A program made the translations under genes and the position numbers. Below the pieces are notes generated by a model. It was not told the origin of the DNA. It saw nothing but the letters and a program-made list of their open reading frames with translations, and did no database searches. A DNA stretch of 64,000 nt from a virus (taxonomy: Duplodnaviria > Caudoviricetes). Below are positions 62,466 to 64,000 of the stretch, piece after piece (the first letter of the stretch is position 1; each line of letters opens with the position of its first letter). The DNA is taken from the IMG/VR virus record IMGVR_UViG_2825118518_000002, positions 32,001 to 96,000 of that record; one strand, 5' to 3'.

Positions 62466-64000
62466 TCTGCTGCCTCCAGATATTCGGCTTCGGGCTTGGG
62501 TTTTTGCTTCGGAGCCGCGTCGGCCATGATCGCTCCGACGCACGCCTTCATCTTTGCCACCGAAACGGCATTGCCGATCTGCTTGATTTTCTCGGTCTTG
62601 GTGCCGGCGAACTCATAGGTCGCCTCTTCGGTATTGAAGCCCATGGCGGCGGCCAGTTCGTGCGGCTCGAGCATGCGGAAGAGGATGTCGTATTCCGGCC
62701 CGGCCTCAACGAAGTTGATATGGCCTGTTGCCGCGATCGTCGGGGTGGGTTGGTTGATATCGTGGACGCGCGGCGCTTGGCCTTCCCGCTCGCCGAACTG
62801 TGCCGCGATGAACGCGAACTCTCCGCCCTTTGCTGTGGTCATGGTGGGGACCGGGTCAACATCGATGTTTCGCGCCGTCGCTCCGCCGTTTGAATTGGTG
62901 ACCGGCACCACCATGCCGAAACGGCCTTTGCTGGTTATGGTCGGCAGCGCATCGTCGACATGATTGCAGGTCTCACCGGAGCCCGAGCCGTAGTAAGGCG
63001 AGATCAGCGCGTGCGCAGCGCCATTGCCCCCGGTCGTCTGGGTCGGGATGGGCTCGCTGACGCCGCGAGGTGAACCGCCTGACGCCTGCGACAGGACGAA
63101 CGGCTCTATTACCGCGTAGGAGCCGCCGTCGCCGTGGATGGCCCCAAGCGGCTGTTCGATGTCATGCGATCGGCGCCAGTTCGGATCGCGCTCACGTGCA
63201 TCGTTGCCGTGGGCCACCGTCACCAGCATGGGACGGGCACAGCCAGGCCTTTCCTCATTCGCCGCGCCGCCGGTCGTGATGGTCGGCAGCGGGTCATCCG
63301 TAGACCGGGGCGCGCCGCTGTTGTGCTGGGAAAGAACCATCGGCTCTGCCAGCCAGACGCCGCCCTTGGTGTCGAGCGTGGGTATGAGGCCTTCAGAAAC
63401 GCCTTCGGCCTTGTTGCCCTTGCGCCCGTTCATGATGATCGGCTCGGCAGCATAGAGGTGGCCGGCGTGGGACGTCTGGGTCGGGAGAGGTTCGCTCGAC
63501 GAGGTCGCCGTGGATTGGCCTTTCATGTTCACGATGACCGGCTCCGCCACGGCCATTTGGCTGCCGCCCGCAGTGATCGTGGGCAACGGCTGCTCTACAC
63601 CGCGGGGGCGCGGCCCGGCCCCTTCTTTGCCGTGTCTAGGAGAGACGATCACCGGCTCCGCGATGCCGATATGCGTGCCATTGGCGGCTATGGTCGGCAG
63701 GGGCTGGTCCATCCCCTGCGCGGACATGTGGTTGCGGAGGATGACGAGATAGGGTTCGGGCCACCCGAACTTCTGAGCGCCGGCATAGATGCGGGCCAGG
63801 GTCTTCGGCGCCAGCGGCTTCTTGCGGTTGAAGATCGACCGGCCCTTGATCTGCCAATCGATGATCTCGCGCGCCGGACGCCACGGCTTTGCGGCAGAGA
63901 ATAGATCGGCGTTGACCTCGTCGCGCTTTCGGTGGGTCGGCATTGGCCAATGGATCTTGCGGCCGTCGGATCTCCCCATGAGGATGAAGCGCTGACGCGT
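62462..64000 (-). CDS. C5 cytosine DNA methyltransferase (5' truncated by window)
   Basis: TRQRF motif VIII, repeated EPLPTIT variable region, RMLEPHELAAAMGF, KQIGNAV. Confidence 0.92.
   Translation of the reverse strand, partial: TRQRFILMGRSDGRKIHWPMPTHRKRDEVNADLFSAAKPWRPAREIIDWQIKGRSIFNRKKPLAPKTLARIYAGAQKFGWPEPYLVILRNHMSAQGMDQPLPTIAANGTHIGIAEPVIVSPRHGKEGAGPRPRGVEQPLPTITAGGSQMAVAEPVIVNMKGQSTATSSSEPLPTQTSHAGHLYAAEPIIMNGRKGNKAEGVSEGLIPTLDTKGGVWLAEPMVLSQHNSGAPRSTDDPLPTITTGGAANEERPGCARPMLVTVAHGNDARERDPNWRRSHDIEQPLGAIHGDGGSYAVIEPFVLSQASGGSPRGVSEPIPTQTTGGNGAAHALISPYYGSGSGETCNHVDDALPTITSKGRFGMVVPVTNSNGGATARNIDVDPVPTMTTAKGGEFAFIAAQFGEREGQAPRVHDINQPTPTIAATGHINFVEAGPEYDILFRMLEPHELAAAMGFNTEEATYEFAGTKTEKIKQIGNAVSVAKMKACVGAIMADAAPKQKPKPEAEYLEAAE

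Larger units (their letters stand above)
27404..64000 (-). mobile_element. Prophage 2, P22-like podovirus (continues right of window)
   Basis: terS-terL-portal-scaffold-coat-gp4-gp10-ejection-fibre-lysis order on - strand ending at att. Confidence 0.93.

Overview
The window holds the late halves of two alphaproteobacterial (Rhizobium/Agrobacterium-like) temperate prophages, joined tail-to-tail at a duplicated 3' half of tRNA-Pro(CGG) (27357-27403). Prophage 1 (1 to ~27350, + strand) is a lambda-type siphovirus. Its gene order is terminase, gpW, portal, protease/scaffold, decoration, capsid, probable head-spike base with two fibres, tail genes with a G-T frameshift, tape measure, accessory nucleases (CoiA-like, T5 A1-like), GH108 lysis cassette and an SOS-box operon. 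Prophage 2 (~27404 to the end, - strand) is a P22-like podovirus with a C5 methylase, GcrA/LuxR/DnaA-C HTH regulators, an Acb2/Tad1-like protein, terminases, portal, scaffold, coat, ejection proteins, fibres, a GH19 lysis cassette and four HNH endonucleases. The most striking unannotated signal is a tandem pair of circularly permuted tRNA mimics (29695-29825, -): T-arm, loop-capped acceptor stem, D-arm, no anticodon loop and no CCA. It sits directly upstream of a protein-like reading frame that has no start codon. Other highlights are a 140-nt RNA-like element closed by a 29/32 inverted repeat, six same-strand copies of GAATCTTGCA confined to prophage 1, and a probable capsid fibre carrying an FAD-oxidoreductase fold. 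All family calls come from motif recognition by eye; no database search or folding program was run.
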